A stretch of DNA of 64,000 bases from Planctomycetota bacterium (GCA_965223845.1 CBDCXR010000004.1:928001-992000); one strand, 5' to 3'; shown: positions 9,646 through 19,780, counted from the stretch's first letter. Notes: a model not told the origin generated them from the letters alone. Numbers and translations are program-made.

Positions 9646-12600
9646 GTGAACTCGGGCGAGCTTCCCGCGGAGGTATCGCAGGACCGCGCCTCGGAGCCTC
9701 CAGTCCCGGAGGATTCACCTCGAGACGGGTCCGCCTCCGAACGAGCCGATTCGTCCCAGGACGACGTCACGCTCACGGAGTCGGGGCCGCAGACGATCGG
9801 CGCGGTAGCCACGATCGGGCCGGCGCAGCCGACCGGTGACGTGGCCGGCGAGTGGCGCGACGGGCTCGTCGTCGCCGGGCGATTTCGCATCGTCCGGTTC
9901 ATCAGTCAGGGCGGGATGGGGCGCGTCTACCAGGCGCACGACGAAATGCTCGATCGCCCGATCGCGCTCAAGCGGATTCCGGAGGCGATCCTTTTCGATG
10001 GTGACGCGCGCGACGACTTGCGTCAGGAAGCCAACCGCCTCCTCGATCTCGCGCACGACAACATCGTCCGGGTGCACACGTATTACGACGGACCGACCTG
10101 GCCGTTCATCGCGATGGAGTACCTGTCGGGGCCGACTCTCAAGCAGCTCCTCCGCGCACGGAAGCAGTACGGTCGCGCGTTCTCGGTCGACGAGATCACG
10201 ACGATCGCGCGGCAAGTAGCCAGCGGCCTCGCGCACGCGCACGCTAAGGGAATCGTCCACCGCGATCTGAAGCCGAGCAACCTGATGCTCGCAGCCGTCT
10301 CCGGAGACGAAATCCGCCCGGAAGACCTGGTGAAGATTACGGACTTCGGCATCTCGCGGGTGATCGCCGACGGCACGATGCGCCAAACCGGTCGGCGCAC
10401 GGGGACGCTCCCCTACATGAGCCCCGAACAGTTTCGCGGGGAGGTTTCGACCGCGACTAGCGACATCTATTCGTTCGCTTGCACGCTCTATGAGCTCCTC
10501 GCTGGACGACCACCGTTCTATACGGGCGACATCGGCTACCAGATCTTGAACGTCGCGCCGAAGCCGATCGATTCGGCACCGCGCGCGATCAACAACACGA
10601 TCCTCCGTGGACTTGCGAAAGACGCGAAGGAACGCTTCGAATCCGCCGAGCATCTCCTCGAGGGACTCGAGGGAAAGGTCGTGGTCACCCGCCCGCCGAT
10701 CCATCGCGCGCGGCGTGCGCGGTGGCTCAAGGTCGCTGTCGGCGCGGCGGTCGTACTCACTGGATTCCTCCTCGGGCGGATCTCGCAGAGCCCGGCGCCT
10801 TCGCCCCCTCCGTCCACCGCTTCGGGCAACGCCACGAGCGTCCGCAGCGAGGACTTGCCGGAGTTCAACACCTTTCGCGATCGAGTCCTCCAGCGACTCG
10901 AGTCGGAGATCCCGAGCAGCGTGGGGCGGAGCGACACCCTCGCCCCGACTCCCGACAGCCCGGTCGTCGCGCTCAGGTTTTCACTGCTCGAGCCGACCGA
11001 TTCCGCCTACCAGCGAGAACTCTTTGCCGAGCTCTCCTTCAGCTGCTTCCGACTCGACGACGACACCACGCTTCGGCGGATCGAGCGTAAGGACACCGAC
11101 GGCGAGGCCGTCTTCACGATCCTCGAGCTCTCGGGCGGTCGTTACGGTCTTCAACCCCACGTCACGTGGCCGGGGGCGACCACTCCCGAGCCGCTCTTTC
11201 CGACGCGCTCGTTCCAGTTTGAAGTCGATCTGACAGCGCCGTCGCTCGAGGTCTCCGTGCCGACCTCGAGCCCCGTTCTGGGTGGAGCCGGGACCGCCGG
11301 CGACGAGAGAGGGATTCCGACTTGGTCGACGTTCGCGCGAGACCTCGAGGTTCGCCTCGACGCGACCGAGCAGATCGAGAGCGCGGTCTACGCTCGGGTC
11401 GACTCGACCGAGCCCACGTGGCAGCCGATCCCGGACGTCACGTTCTGGAAACTCGAGCTCGACGAAGGAAAAAACGAGTTCAAGCTCGCCGCCTTCGATC
11501 GCGCGGGGAACCGCAGCCGCGAGGCGTCGTTCGTCGTCTTCCGGCGACGGCTCGGTCTACGTCAATTCGGACTCGCCGCGCCGCCGGCCGGGAATCGCGC
11601 GAAAGTACGCGGGACTCTGGTCGTCGAAGGGACCGAACTGCCGCGGATCTCGTACACGCTCGGAGGACAGCCGGTCGAGGTCGCCGACGCATCGATCATG
11701 CCTTCCAGTGAGCCGAGCGGGGGCGCGTTCCTTCACGAATTCTCGGCCGTGATCGAGCTCCCCGAGCCGACCGCCAACGCGATCGAGGTCAAGTACGCCC
11801 TCGGCGAAGCTCCGCCCCGCGCGTTCGACGGCCCGTCGGCCTCCCGCCTGAAGGTGGACGTCGAGGCGCCGGCGCTCGAGTGGATACGCGAAGTCCCGAG
11901 TCGTACTCGCGAAACGACACTCGAGCTCTACGGACGAATCACTCCCTACTTCGAAGGGCTCACCGTTCGACTCGACGAGTCGCAGCTCGATTCTCGCGTC
12001 GTCGTTCCGATTCCGAGCGCGACGGACGACACCGCGACGATTCACGAGTTGCTCGCGCTCGACGAGAACGAGGATCACGCGCTCGAAGTGCGCTTTCTCT
12101 ATCACGGAGTGCCGCTCACGTCGTCGCCGATCGTCCTCAGCTCGTACTGCGATACTCGGCCGCCTCTCCTCGTCGAGCCGCCGGAGTTTTCCGACGACGG
12201 GAACTGGATGCTTTGGATGACGCTCCGGCCGTCCGAGGAGCTGAGGCTTCTTCGTATCGTCGCCCTGACCTCAGTCGGCGAACCCGCGGGTCGGTGGCAC
12301 ACGGTCGCGCCGGATCTCTTCTCGCTCCTCACGTACCGCTATCAGATTCCCGTCCCGGAGGTGCGGACCCAGTACCGGATCGAGATGACGGATCTCGCCG
12401 GCAACACGCATTCGACGGACGAAGCCTGTGCGTGGACGCGCGAAGCGCTCGCTTTCCGCGCCCGCACGAGCGACCTGTCGTTGGGGGGGGCGCGGCCGGA
12501 TGAAGTGGCCGCCGCTCCGGCGATCACCGACGGCGAGGGCGACGTACGCCGCTCGACACATTCGCTTCCGGGTGATGCGCTCCTCCTCCGATCCCCGTTC

Positions 12601-13233
12601 GTCGAACGCATCGGTCTCGAGTTCCGGACGGTGAGCGCGGATCGGATCGACCTCGCCACGACCGAGGTGAGCGAGTCGGTGTGGGCCGAGTTTCTGCGAC
12701 AGACGGGGCGGGACGGCGAAGCGTCCGGCGAGCGGGAGGTGCCGAAGTTGCTGAGCTTCGAGGACACGCAGCTCCTCTCTGACTTCGTGCGCTGGTTCGA
12801 GGAGAACGCGCGCGACGGCTACGCCTACCGACTTCCGACGCCCGTCGAGTGGATGTGCGCGTTCGTGGCGGCGTCGGATCCCGATGAGGCGCGGCACAAG
12901 ATCTACGATTGGTTCGTCGGCAACCCGAACGACGCTCGGTACCCGCAGCAGTTCAACGAGGCGCCGCGCGCTCGCTACGGCGTCAATCGGATCGACCCGT
13001 CCCAGGCGCGACCGGAGAACAAGACGCCCTCCGGCCTCTACGACATGGAGGCGAACGCCCAAGAAGTGGTGCAAGCGAGCGGCCAATGGCTGGTGATCGG
13101 CGGGTTCAACCAACTGGAGCACAAGAGCGAGTTCGCGCGCGCGTGCACTGAGGCGCGGAGATTTGTCGAGGCAGAGCAGCGCTCCCGTCTCGTCGGCTTT
13201 CGCCTGCTCCGGTTCCCGCGGAGCGCGCGGTGA
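9646..13233 (+). CDS. Membrane Hanks-type Ser/Thr protein kinase with extracytoplasmic Ig-like region and C-terminal FGE-sulfatase-like domain
   Basis: Kinase motifs GGMGRVY, IALK, HRDLKPSN, KITDFGIS and GTLPYMSPEQ. TM segment WLKVAVGAAVVLTGFLLG. C-terminal TEVS...YRLPTPVEW...GLYDMEANAQE...GFRL. Start set at in-frame GTG 9646 after GGGGA (the ORF opens at 9565). Confidence 0.9.
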   Translation: MNSGELPAEVSQDRASEPPVPEDSPRDGSASERADSSQDDVTLTESGPQTIGAVATIGPAQPTGDVAGEWRDGLVVAGRFRIVRFISQGGMGRVYQAHDEMLDRPIALKRIPEAILFDGDARDDLRQEANRLLDLAHDNIVRVHTYYDGPTWPFIAMEYLSGPTLKQLLRARKQYGRAFSVDEITTIARQVASGLAHAHAKGIVHRDLKPSNLMLAAVSGDEIRPEDLVKITDFGISRVIADGTMRQTGRRTGTLPYMSPEQFRGEVSTATSDIYSFACTLYELLAGRPPFYTGDIGYQILNVAPKPIDSAPRAINNTILRGLAKDAKERFESAEHLLEGLEGKVVVTRPPIHRARRARWLKVAVGAAVVLTGFLLGRISQSPAPSPPPSTASGNATSVRSEDLPEFNTFRDRVLQRLESEIPSSVGRSDTLAPTPDSPVVALRFSLLEPTDSAYQRELFAELSFSCFRLDDDTTLRRIERKDTDGEAVFTILELSGGRYGLQPHVTWPGATTPEPLFPTRSFQFEVDLTAPSLEVSVPTSSPVLGGAGTAGDERGIPTWSTFARDLEVRLDATEQIESAVYARVDSTEPTWQPIPDVTFWKLELDEGKNEFKLAAFDRAGNRSREASFVVFRRRLGLRQFGLAAPPAGNRAKVRGTLVVEGTELPRISYTLGGQPVEVADASIMPSSEPSGGAFLHEFSAVIELPEPTANAIEVKYALGEAPPRAFDGPSASRLKVDVEAPALEWIREVPSRTRETTLELYGRITPYFEGLTVRLDESQLDSRVVVPIPSATDDTATIHELLALDENEDHALEVRFLYHGVPLTSSPIVLSSYCDTRPPLLVEPPEFSDDGNWMLWMTLRPSEELRLLRIVALTSVGEPAGRWHTVAPDLFSLLTYRYQIPVPEVRTQYRIEMTDLAGNTHSTDEACAWTREALAFRARTSDLSLGGARPDEVAAAPAITDGEGDVRRSTHSLPGDALLLRSPFVERIGLEFRTVSADRIDLATTEVSESVWAEFLRQTGRDGEASGEREVPKLLSFEDTQLLSDFVRWFEENARDGYAYRLPTPVEWMCAFVAASDPDEARHKIYDWFVGNPNDARYPQQFNEAPRARYGVNRIDPSQARPENKTPSGLYDMEANAQEVVQASGQWLVIGGFNQLEHKSEFARACTEARRFVEAEQRSRLVGFRLLRFPRSAR

Positions 13234-14153
13234 CGTCGGTGTCGATACGCCGGCGGCCGCTCGGAGCCGCGTTCGGGTGCTTTCTCTGTATCCAATTCGC
13301 TTTTCCCCTTCCCGCGGACGACGAGGTTCCTCCTCCCCGCCCGATCTTCAACTGGGACCTGGTCTCGCTCGAGCAGAACAGCAATCGATTCAACGCGAGC
13401 GTGCTTTCGGGGTTCCATACGGTCCGATCACCGGGGGTGACGCCCTACCGCGGGTGGAAGACCGGAGTCGGCATCCTCTTTTCGCGTGAGGAACAGGTCG
13501 CGGTTGCGACGAATACGGAGCTCTTCAACCGCGAGCAGATCCTGGTCAATCCGAAGCTCAACTACGGATTCTGGCCCGGCTTCGAGGTCGGAGCCGGATT
13601 CGAGACGGTCTGGACGAAGGCGAAGGACATCCGCGGCGCCCCGAGCGGCGCGATCGACGCGCGATCGGAGCAGCGCGTCGAGCCTAGCGCGGTGGGCCTC
13701 GGCCTCAAATGGAATGCGTTCGCGGCCGATCGACTCCGCCTCGCGCTCTCATTCGACTCGCGGATCGCCGTCAACCGAGGCGAGCTCGGAACGCTGCCCG
13801 CGACGATCATGAACGTCGAGGTCGATTCCGACTACACGATCACGCCGCGTTGGAGCGTGATTTCGAATCTTCAGTTTCAATTCGCGGACGAACAGCCCGT
13901 CGAGGACGAAGCAGTGCTCGATCTCGCTACGGCCTACACATTCAGCGATCAGTTCCGGGGGATGATCTTCACGACGGGGAAGGAAGACGACGAAGCGAGC
14001 TCGATCCTCTACTTCGTCGGGCTCGCCGGACAGTACGTCTACGAGCAGCACTCGTTCACGCTCGCGCTCGATTTTCAGTTGAACGATGCGGAGAGAGAGA
14101 TTCGCACGCAGAGTCAGCTCGATCTCGAGTTCAGCTACGCGTTTACGTTTTAG
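13230..14153 (+). CDS. Putative outer-membrane beta-barrel protein
   Basis: Signal-like N-terminus, alternating amphipathic strands and C-terminal LEFSYAFTF ending in Phe. GTGA overlap with the kinase stop codon. Confidence 0.65.
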   Translation: MTSVSIRRRPLGAAFGCFLCIQFAFPLPADDEVPPPRPIFNWDLVSLEQNSNRFNASVLSGFHTVRSPGVTPYRGWKTGVGILFSREEQVAVATNTELFNREQILVNPKLNYGFWPGFEVGAGFETVWTKAKDIRGAPSGAIDARSEQRVEPSAVGLGLKWNAFAADRLRLALSFDSRIAVNRGELGTLPATIMNVEVDSDYTITPRWSVISNLQFQFADEQPVEDEAVLDLATAYTFSDQFRGMIFTTGKEDDEASSILYFVGLAGQYVYEQHSFTLALDFQLNDAEREIRTQSQLDLEFSYAFTF

Positions 14154-16006
14154 CGTTCCCGTTCTCGCCGCGAGTAGATCTCGACGTCCTCGTCCGTGTA
14201 GGCGGGAGGACCCCACACGTCCGTGAGCGCGCTCCGCACCGCGTCGAGCGCGGCCGCCGGCATCCCGCGCTCGGGGTTGTAGAGCCGGGCTCTCGCTGTC
14301 CCCGCGTGCCGTTGCCGCGCTCCTTCGAGGTGCTCTCGAGTTCGCTTGCGATGGACGACGACCGTGTCGACCGAAAGTGCTTTCAGCATCGGAGAGAGCT
14401 CGGCCGAGACGTCCACGTCCACCTGCGGGCGGCCCTCGAAGAGATGGCGCAGGATCGGATGGGCGTCTACGCGCGCGGCGACCTCGGGGAGGAGACAGGA
14501 CGTGTAGCCGCCGATGAGCGGCTGATCGTGGGCGATTTGGTAGTAGAGATCCTCGGCCGCTCGGGCGCGGTACCCTCCCGGGACGTTGAGAAGAATTCCC
14601 GGGTAGTCGCGGCGCACGACTTGCGGCCACGCGGGGCGCGCGAGCTCTCGCGTTGGAAACGGGATCCACGCGAAGTCGGCGAGGACGAGAAGCGCGATGC
14701 CGGCGATGATTCCTCGACGTCCGCGTTCGCTCGACGCGCGTCCAGCGATGATCGCTGCGCCCGCCGCCACGAGCATGCTGAGCGCGAGGGCCGCCGGGAC
14801 GAGAAAGCGATTGGCGACGCGCAGCGTGTCGTAGAACGGTACCAAGCGAAGGACGGGAAACGGGAGCGGGACGCCGGTATCCGAGCCTCCGACGACGAGC
14901 GTCGAGCCGAGTGCGAGAATCACGTACGCCGCAAGTACGGCGAGCCAAAACGCGAAGCCGAGCGGCCGCTCTCGTCCAAGCGATGCGAGCGCCGGCGAGT
15001 TTGGGGCAACTCGACGAGCGATCCAGGGGGAACCAAGCGCTGCGCAAACGATAGGGATCCAGCCGAGGTACGCGACGAAGCCGACGGACCGGTAGCTTCT
15101 GAGCTGTTCGTAGAGTTCCGTCGCCCATCCTCCGAGCAGCGAATGGCCCGGGTGAGGAATCGCGAGAAAGAGCGCGTCGATCCCTTTCGCAACCGGCGGC
15201 TTGCGAAAGTAGTCGGCTCCGCCCGCGATCTCGGCGAGCTTCGGCCAGAGAAACGGGAGGAGAAGAGCGGTCGCGATCAACGCGGCGACGGCCGAGTGAA
15301 CGAGCATCGTCCGGCGGCGCTCGCGGCAAGCGACGAACAGCGCGCCAAAGACCGCGAACCCGAGCGGAAGGATCATGAGCGCGTTGTGCCAGCCGTAAAG
15401 GGCGTTCAGCGCGAAGAAGGCGGCGCAGCCCACGGCGTCCCGCCCGCGACCCCTACGCAGCATGCGGATGAGAAAGAGGATGAAGAGCGGCATCCCCTGA
15501 TAGCTGGCGAGATTGACGTGCTCGAGGCTCTGCTCGACGTGCTGGGGCAGGTACGCGAAGACGATTCCGGCGACGATCGCCGGTCCCCAGGCGAATCCGA
15601 GCTCGCGGGCGAGGAGGCTCGCAGCCCACCCGGCGAGCGCAAACCCGAGAAGTGTGGACAGATTGAGCGCGCACTCCGGTCCGAAGAGACGCGTCAGTGG
15701 ATAGGCGGCGAGGACGTTCGCTTCGGAGTGGGTGTGAAACGCGAGCGAGACCGGCGGGCGCTCTCCGGTCTGAAAGAGCCGCGTCGTCGAGTACGGACTC
15801 TCTCCCTGCGAAAGGGATTCGCCCCAAGACCAAAAGTTCCAGACGTTTTGAAAGAGGTCGTTGTTCCCGGCCGGCAGACGCTCGGTGAGGTCGCGGGCGA
15901 GAGGCCACGTGAGAGCGACCGCGATGACGCCGAAGAGAGCGAGAGCGCCGAGCGAGGCTCGAAGACTCCCGGTCGCGCCGGTGCGTCCTTCTGGGGGACT
16001 CTGCAT
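14150..16006 (-). CDS. Multi-pass membrane protein, GT-C-like glycosyltransferase / YfhO-like
   Basis: About 11-13 hydrophobic segments, an early loop Asp (NNDLFQNVWNFW), LRVANRF, and a soluble C-terminal YYQIAHDQPLIGGY motif. Confidence 0.65.
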   Translation of the reverse strand: MQSPPEGRTGATGSLRASLGALALFGVIAVALTWPLARDLTERLPAGNNDLFQNVWNFWSWGESLSQGESPYSTTRLFQTGERPPVSLAFHTHSEANVLAAYPLTRLFGPECALNLSTLLGFALAGWAASLLARELGFAWGPAIVAGIVFAYLPQHVEQSLEHVNLASYQGMPLFILFLIRMLRRGRGRDAVGCAAFFALNALYGWHNALMILPLGFAVFGALFVACRERRRTMLVHSAVAALIATALLLPFLWPKLAEIAGGADYFRKPPVAKGIDALFLAIPHPGHSLLGGWATELYEQLRSYRSVGFVAYLGWIPIVCAALGSPWIARRVAPNSPALASLGRERPLGFAFWLAVLAAYVILALGSTLVVGGSDTGVPLPFPVLRLVPFYDTLRVANRFLVPAALALSMLVAAGAAIIAGRASSERGRRGIIAGIALLVLADFAWIPFPTRELARPAWPQVVRRDYPGILLNVPGGYRARAAEDLYYQIAHDQPLIGGYTSCLLPEVAARVDAHPILRHLFEGRPQVDVDVSAELSPMLKALSVDTVVVHRKRTREHLEGARQRHAGTARARLYNPERGMPAAALDAVRSALTDVWGPPAYTDEDVEIYSRRERER

Positions 16007-16291
16007 AGCCGATCCGATCTAGGAGACGGCGCGAGTCACTAAACTCGGCCGGACAACGGCCCTGTCGTTTTCGACTTCGAATCAGTCCGCGGAGAGACTC
16101 GGTCGGGGCGCGCGGTGACGGGCGCGGTTCCCTTCCGCGGAACCGAAGACCATACCGCGAGAGTCGGGCGAAGGAAACGGCGCGGCTCCCGTCCCCGGTT
16201 GGACGCGCCCCATCGCGCGAACTTCACCGGCCGATCCGGCGTTCGACCGGCGAACGCCCGCTCCGACAGGAGGCCGACCGAGGCGTCGACG

Positions 16292-17329
16292 CTACTCCGT
16301 CAGAACTCCGAGTCGCTCGATGACGGCGCTCGCAAACCTCTCCGTGTCGAGCTCGCCACCGAGATCGCGCGTCGTTTGGCCGTCGCCGAGCGCCTGGTCG
16401 TAGGCCGCGCGGACGCGCACCGCGGCCGCACGGGCGCCCGGATCGTTCCGCGTGTCGGCGATGTAGTGAAGCATCATCTCTCCCGACATGAGGAGCGCGA
16501 GCGGATTCGCGACGCCCTTGCCGGCGATGTCGGGCGCGGATCCGTGCACCGCCTCGAACACGGCGCCGTCGTCGCCGATGTTGGCTCCCGGCACGACGCC
16601 GAGTCCGCCGACGAGCCCCGCGGCGAGATCGCTGACGACGTCGCCGTAGAGATTCTGGAGCAGAAGAACGCTGAACTGCGTCGGATCCTGAACGAGCTTC
16701 ATGCAGCCCGCGTCGATGATGCGCTCCTGGTACTCGACGTCCGGGAACTCGCGCTCGTGGATCTCGCGCGCGCAGCGGATGAAGAGTCCGTCGCTCAGTT
16801 TCATGATGTTCGCCTTGTGAAACACCGTGACGTGGGGGAGCTTTCGCTCGCGCGTGTAGCGAAAGGCCCAGCGCGCGACGCGGTAGCTCGCCTTTTCCGT
16901 CGCGACCTTGAGGCTCGTCACGACGCCGTCGGTGATCTCGTTCTCGATGCCGCTGTAGAGCCCCTCGGTGTTCTCTCGCACGATGACGAGGTCGACGTCA
17001 TCGAAGCGCGTTTTCACGCCCGCGAGGCTGCGCACCGGGCGTACCGCAGCGTAGAGATTCAGGCGCTTGCGCAGCTGAACGTTGACCGACGAGAAACCCT
17101 TCCCGATCGGCGTCGTGCACGGTCCCTTGAGCGCGATCTGGTGCTCGCGGATGGCGTCGATGGTCTCGGCCGGAAGGACGTCGCCGGTCGCGTCGAGTGC
17201 CGCGACGCCGGCCTGTCTCTCGATCCATTCGACGGGGGCGCCCGCCGCCGCGAAGATGCGGCGAACGGCGCCGCTCACTTCCGGACCGATCCCGTCACCG
17301 GGAATGAGGACGACTTTGTGCGGATTCAT
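16292..17329 (-). CDS. icd: Isocitrate dehydrogenase (isocitrate/isopropylmalate dehydrogenase family, NAD-type)
   Basis: LIPGDGIGPEV, FSSVNVQLRK (IDH-type S/N specificity residues), RENTEGLY, HKANIMK, NLYGDVVSD and FEAVHGSAPDIAG. Start at ATG 17329 after AGAGGAG. Confidence 0.85.
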   Translation of the reverse strand: MNPHKVVLIPGDGIGPEVSGAVRRIFAAAGAPVEWIERQAGVAALDATGDVLPAETIDAIREHQIALKGPCTTPIGKGFSSVNVQLRKRLNLYAAVRPVRSLAGVKTRFDDVDLVIVRENTEGLYSGIENEITDGVVTSLKVATEKASYRVARWAFRYTRERKLPHVTVFHKANIMKLSDGLFIRCAREIHEREFPDVEYQERIIDAGCMKLVQDPTQFSVLLLQNLYGDVVSDLAAGLVGGLGVVPGANIGDDGAVFEAVHGSAPDIAGKGVANPLALLMSGEMMLHYIADTRNDPGARAAAVRVRAAYDQALGDGQTTRDLGGELDTERFASAVIERLGVLTE

Positions 17330-17364
17330 GAGGCTCCTCTGGAGGCTTCTGATGGTCGGCGGGG

Positions 17365-17928
17365 CTACTGGACGGTGGCGGACGACCGAACGGCGGCGAT
17401 CTCTTCGTTCAGTTTTGCGAGGGCGCAGCTCCACTCGGCGGGAAGAGTCCCCGCGAATGTCTCCCTCACCCGCTCGGCGGCGGCGATCACCCGCCGCCGC
17501 GAGCTTGTCGAGAGCGAGTCCGCGTCGCGCAGATTGTCGATCGTATCGGCGATCTTGCAGAGCTTCGCTTCGACTGGAGCGTCCGCGAGCTGCTCGAAGT
17601 AGCGATTTTCGCGCTCGAGCTCGGGGAGGCGCGTATCCTTCGACAGCGCCGCGACGAACTCGCCGACACGGCCGCCGAACTGCTCCTCCAGGTCATCGCG
17701 GTCGACCGTCGTGTCCTCGATCGTGTCGTGGAGAAGCGCGGCGACGAGCGTGTCTTCGTCCGCGACATCGAGCTCGGTGGCGAGGATGGCGAACACCCGG
17801 CTTACGTGGGCCGCGTAGGGCGTGACTCCGTCCTTGCGCAGTTGACCGCGATGCGCTCGAGCCGCGAAGGAAATCGCTCGCGGGAGGCGCAAATCGCGTG
17901 AAGAGCTGGTTCGATCATTCGGCGTCAT
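17365..17928 (-). CDS. HD-domain small alarmone hydrolase (Mesh1/SpoT-HD-like)
   Basis: AISFAARAHRGQLRKDGVTPYAAH, AALLHDTIEDT and KIADTIDNLRD motifs. No synthetase domain. Confidence 0.85.
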   Translation of the reverse strand: MTPNDRTSSSRDLRLPRAISFAARAHRGQLRKDGVTPYAAHVSRVFAILATELDVADEDTLVAALLHDTIEDTTVDRDDLEEQFGGRVGEFVAALSKDTRLPELERENRYFEQLADAPVEAKLCKIADTIDNLRDADSLSTSSRRRVIAAAERVRETFAGTLPAEWSCALAKLNEEIAAVRSSATVQ

Positions 17929-18068
17929 CGCCGTGAACTCGCGTTTGCTTGGACGTTCGCCGGCACGTACCCTCGACGCCGCGTGTTCCCGTCGTTCGCC
18001 CCTTGAGCGGCGCGAGCGGCTGAAACCCGTAGGAGTCTACCACCGCCCATCGGAGGAGAACAGGTGAC

Positions 18069-19604
18069 GTGAATCGTTCGCGAAGACGATATCGGACGCG
18101 TTGGATCCCGGGCGCTGCGGCAGCGATCGCGGGTGCGCTCGCTAGCGGCTCGATGCTCTTTGCCAACCTGGCGTCGATCGAGATGAATCTGGTCGAGCCG
18201 GCGTACCGGGGTTGGGTGTTCCCGGAACGACCGCTCGTTCGGCTCCAGCTTCGCGGAACACCGGGGTCGACTCTCGATGCGCGAGTGCGCATCGAAAGCG
18301 GCGCTGTGCGAAGCGATCGGACTCGACGCATCGAGCTCGGGGACGACGGCCGGGGAGAGTGGACGATTCCGGTCGACTACGTTCCGACCGGCAGCTTCGC
18401 GCTGCGCGCGACCGCGGGAGAAGCGGAGCGGCGATTCGACCTCCGTCGACTGACCCGCGACGAGGTCCGCGGCATCGTCGCCTACGTCGATCGGCGGGGT
18501 CGACTCGTCTGGCGCGGTCGGCCGATCTACGTTCGCGGTTGGTACAGCGACGGGAATCTCGAGCGACTACGACGCATCGGTGCGAGCAAATTCAACGCTG
18601 TGCTCGACTACGGCCTGACGAGCCGTCCGATCGCGGCGACGAAGGAGTACCTCGCGGAAGCCGAACGACTCGGCGTAGCGGTGATCCTCTGCGTGAACGA
18701 TGTTTATCCTTCTGCGACGTACCGCGAGCGACTCGGCGACTGGGAAGGAAACGACGAAATCCTCGCCGGTGTCGTCCGCGCGTTTCGCAACTCGCCCGCG
18801 GCCGTCGCCTGGTACAACAACGACGAGCTCGAGTTCGATCTGGCCGGAGAGGCGCGCGAGTACTACGACCGGATTCGTGCGCTCGACCCGTCGCGACCGC
18901 AGCTCATGGTTCATTTCAAGCGCGGTGGAATCGCGGCCTTCCGCGGCGCCGCCGACCTCTTCGGCATCGACCACTACCCCGTTCCGAAGAAACCTCTCGT
19001 GGCGGTCGCCGAAGCCTTGGATGCTGCGCGCGGCGAGGTCGCCCCGCCCGGTCGGCCGTGGGCCGTGATCCAGAACTTCGCCTGGTACCAACACCGCGAC
19101 CCGGAAACACCCGTGATCGCCGGGGATGTCGAGACGCCGCGCTCGCGGCTTCCGACGGCGAAGGAGTGGCGCGAGAATCGCCCTCCGACGTTCGAGGAAG
19201 TGCGAGCGATGACGTATCTCGCCGTCGTGCACGGCGCCGGGGGGATCCTCTTTTGGTCGCTCTACAACCTCGAGTTCCTTCCGGATCGTGTCGAGAGGTG
19301 GGAGAACGCTTGCCGCGTGGCCGCGGAGCTCTCGGAGCTCGAGCCGATCCTGCTTTCGCCGGACGCGCGATCGGTCGAGTGCTCGAATCCCGAGGTGCAT
19401 GTGACCGCGCGGATGTACGAAGGCGCGACCTACGTGATCGCGATCAACGCGAGCGATGAGCCGCTTCGCGCGACACTGCGCGTCGCAGGCGCACGGGACG
19501 GTCGCGTCAACGTCGTGTTCGAGAGACGGACGGTTCTCGTCGACGACGAGAGCTGGACGGACTTCTTCGCGCCGTACGGACGACACGTGTATCGCGTCGA
19601 GTAG
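18069..19604 (+). CDS. Exported hypothetical protein, glycoside-hydrolase-like TIM barrel with C-terminal beta domain
   Basis: RBS GGAGGAG, hydrophobic N-terminus, VAWYNNDE (acid/base-like), DLFGIDHYPVP, MTYLAVVHGAGGILFW and terminal FAPYGRHVY. Confidence 0.6.
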   Translation: MNRSRRRYRTRWIPGAAAAIAGALASGSMLFANLASIEMNLVEPAYRGWVFPERPLVRLQLRGTPGSTLDARVRIESGAVRSDRTRRIELGDDGRGEWTIPVDYVPTGSFALRATAGEAERRFDLRRLTRDEVRGIVAYVDRRGRLVWRGRPIYVRGWYSDGNLERLRRIGASKFNAVLDYGLTSRPIAATKEYLAEAERLGVAVILCVNDVYPSATYRERLGDWEGNDEILAGVVRAFRNSPAAVAWYNNDELEFDLAGEAREYYDRIRALDPSRPQLMVHFKRGGIAAFRGAADLFGIDHYPVPKKPLVAVAEALDAARGEVAPPGRPWAVIQNFAWYQHRDPETPVIAGDVETPRSRLPTAKEWRENRPPTFEEVRAMTYLAVVHGAGGILFWSLYNLEFLPDRVERWENACRVAAELSELEPILLSPDARSVECSNPEVHVTARMYEGATYVIAINASDEPLRATLRVAGARDGRVNVVFERRTVLVDDESWTDFFAPYGRHVYRVE

Positions 19605-19613
19605 ACGTCAACT

Positions 19614-19650
19614 CGTTCCCGTTCCCGGCACCAGGCCGGGACCGGGAACG
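19614..19650 (+). terminator. Hairpin downstream of 18069..19604
   Basis: 16-bp arms CGTTCCCGTTCCCGGC / GCCGGGACCGGGAACG with one mismatch and a 5-nt loop, 10 nt after the stop. No clear U-tract. Confidence 0.45.
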
Positions 19651-19703
19651 GGCAAACCGCTGCTTCTTCTTCTCCTCCTCCGCCTCTTCCGCCGCCGCGA
19701 ACG

Positions 19704-19742
19704 AAAAAAACCGGGCCGAGATCGAATGGATCTCGGCCCGGT
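19704..19742 (-). terminator. Rho-independent terminator of 19781..22165
   Basis: Perfect 14-bp stem ACCGGGCCGAGATC / GATCTCGGCCCGGT with a 5-nt loop, followed by a T-tract on the minus strand (A7 at 19704-19710). Confidence 0.85.
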
Positions 19743-19780
19743 CTCAATGTGAGGCTACGCGCTTGCGTGGCCCGTCGCGA

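Noticed and set aside
17990-18060. GAAACCCGTAGGAGTCTACC segment considered as a possible riboswitch
   Set aside because: I could not build a purine or c-di-GMP riboswitch structure around it.
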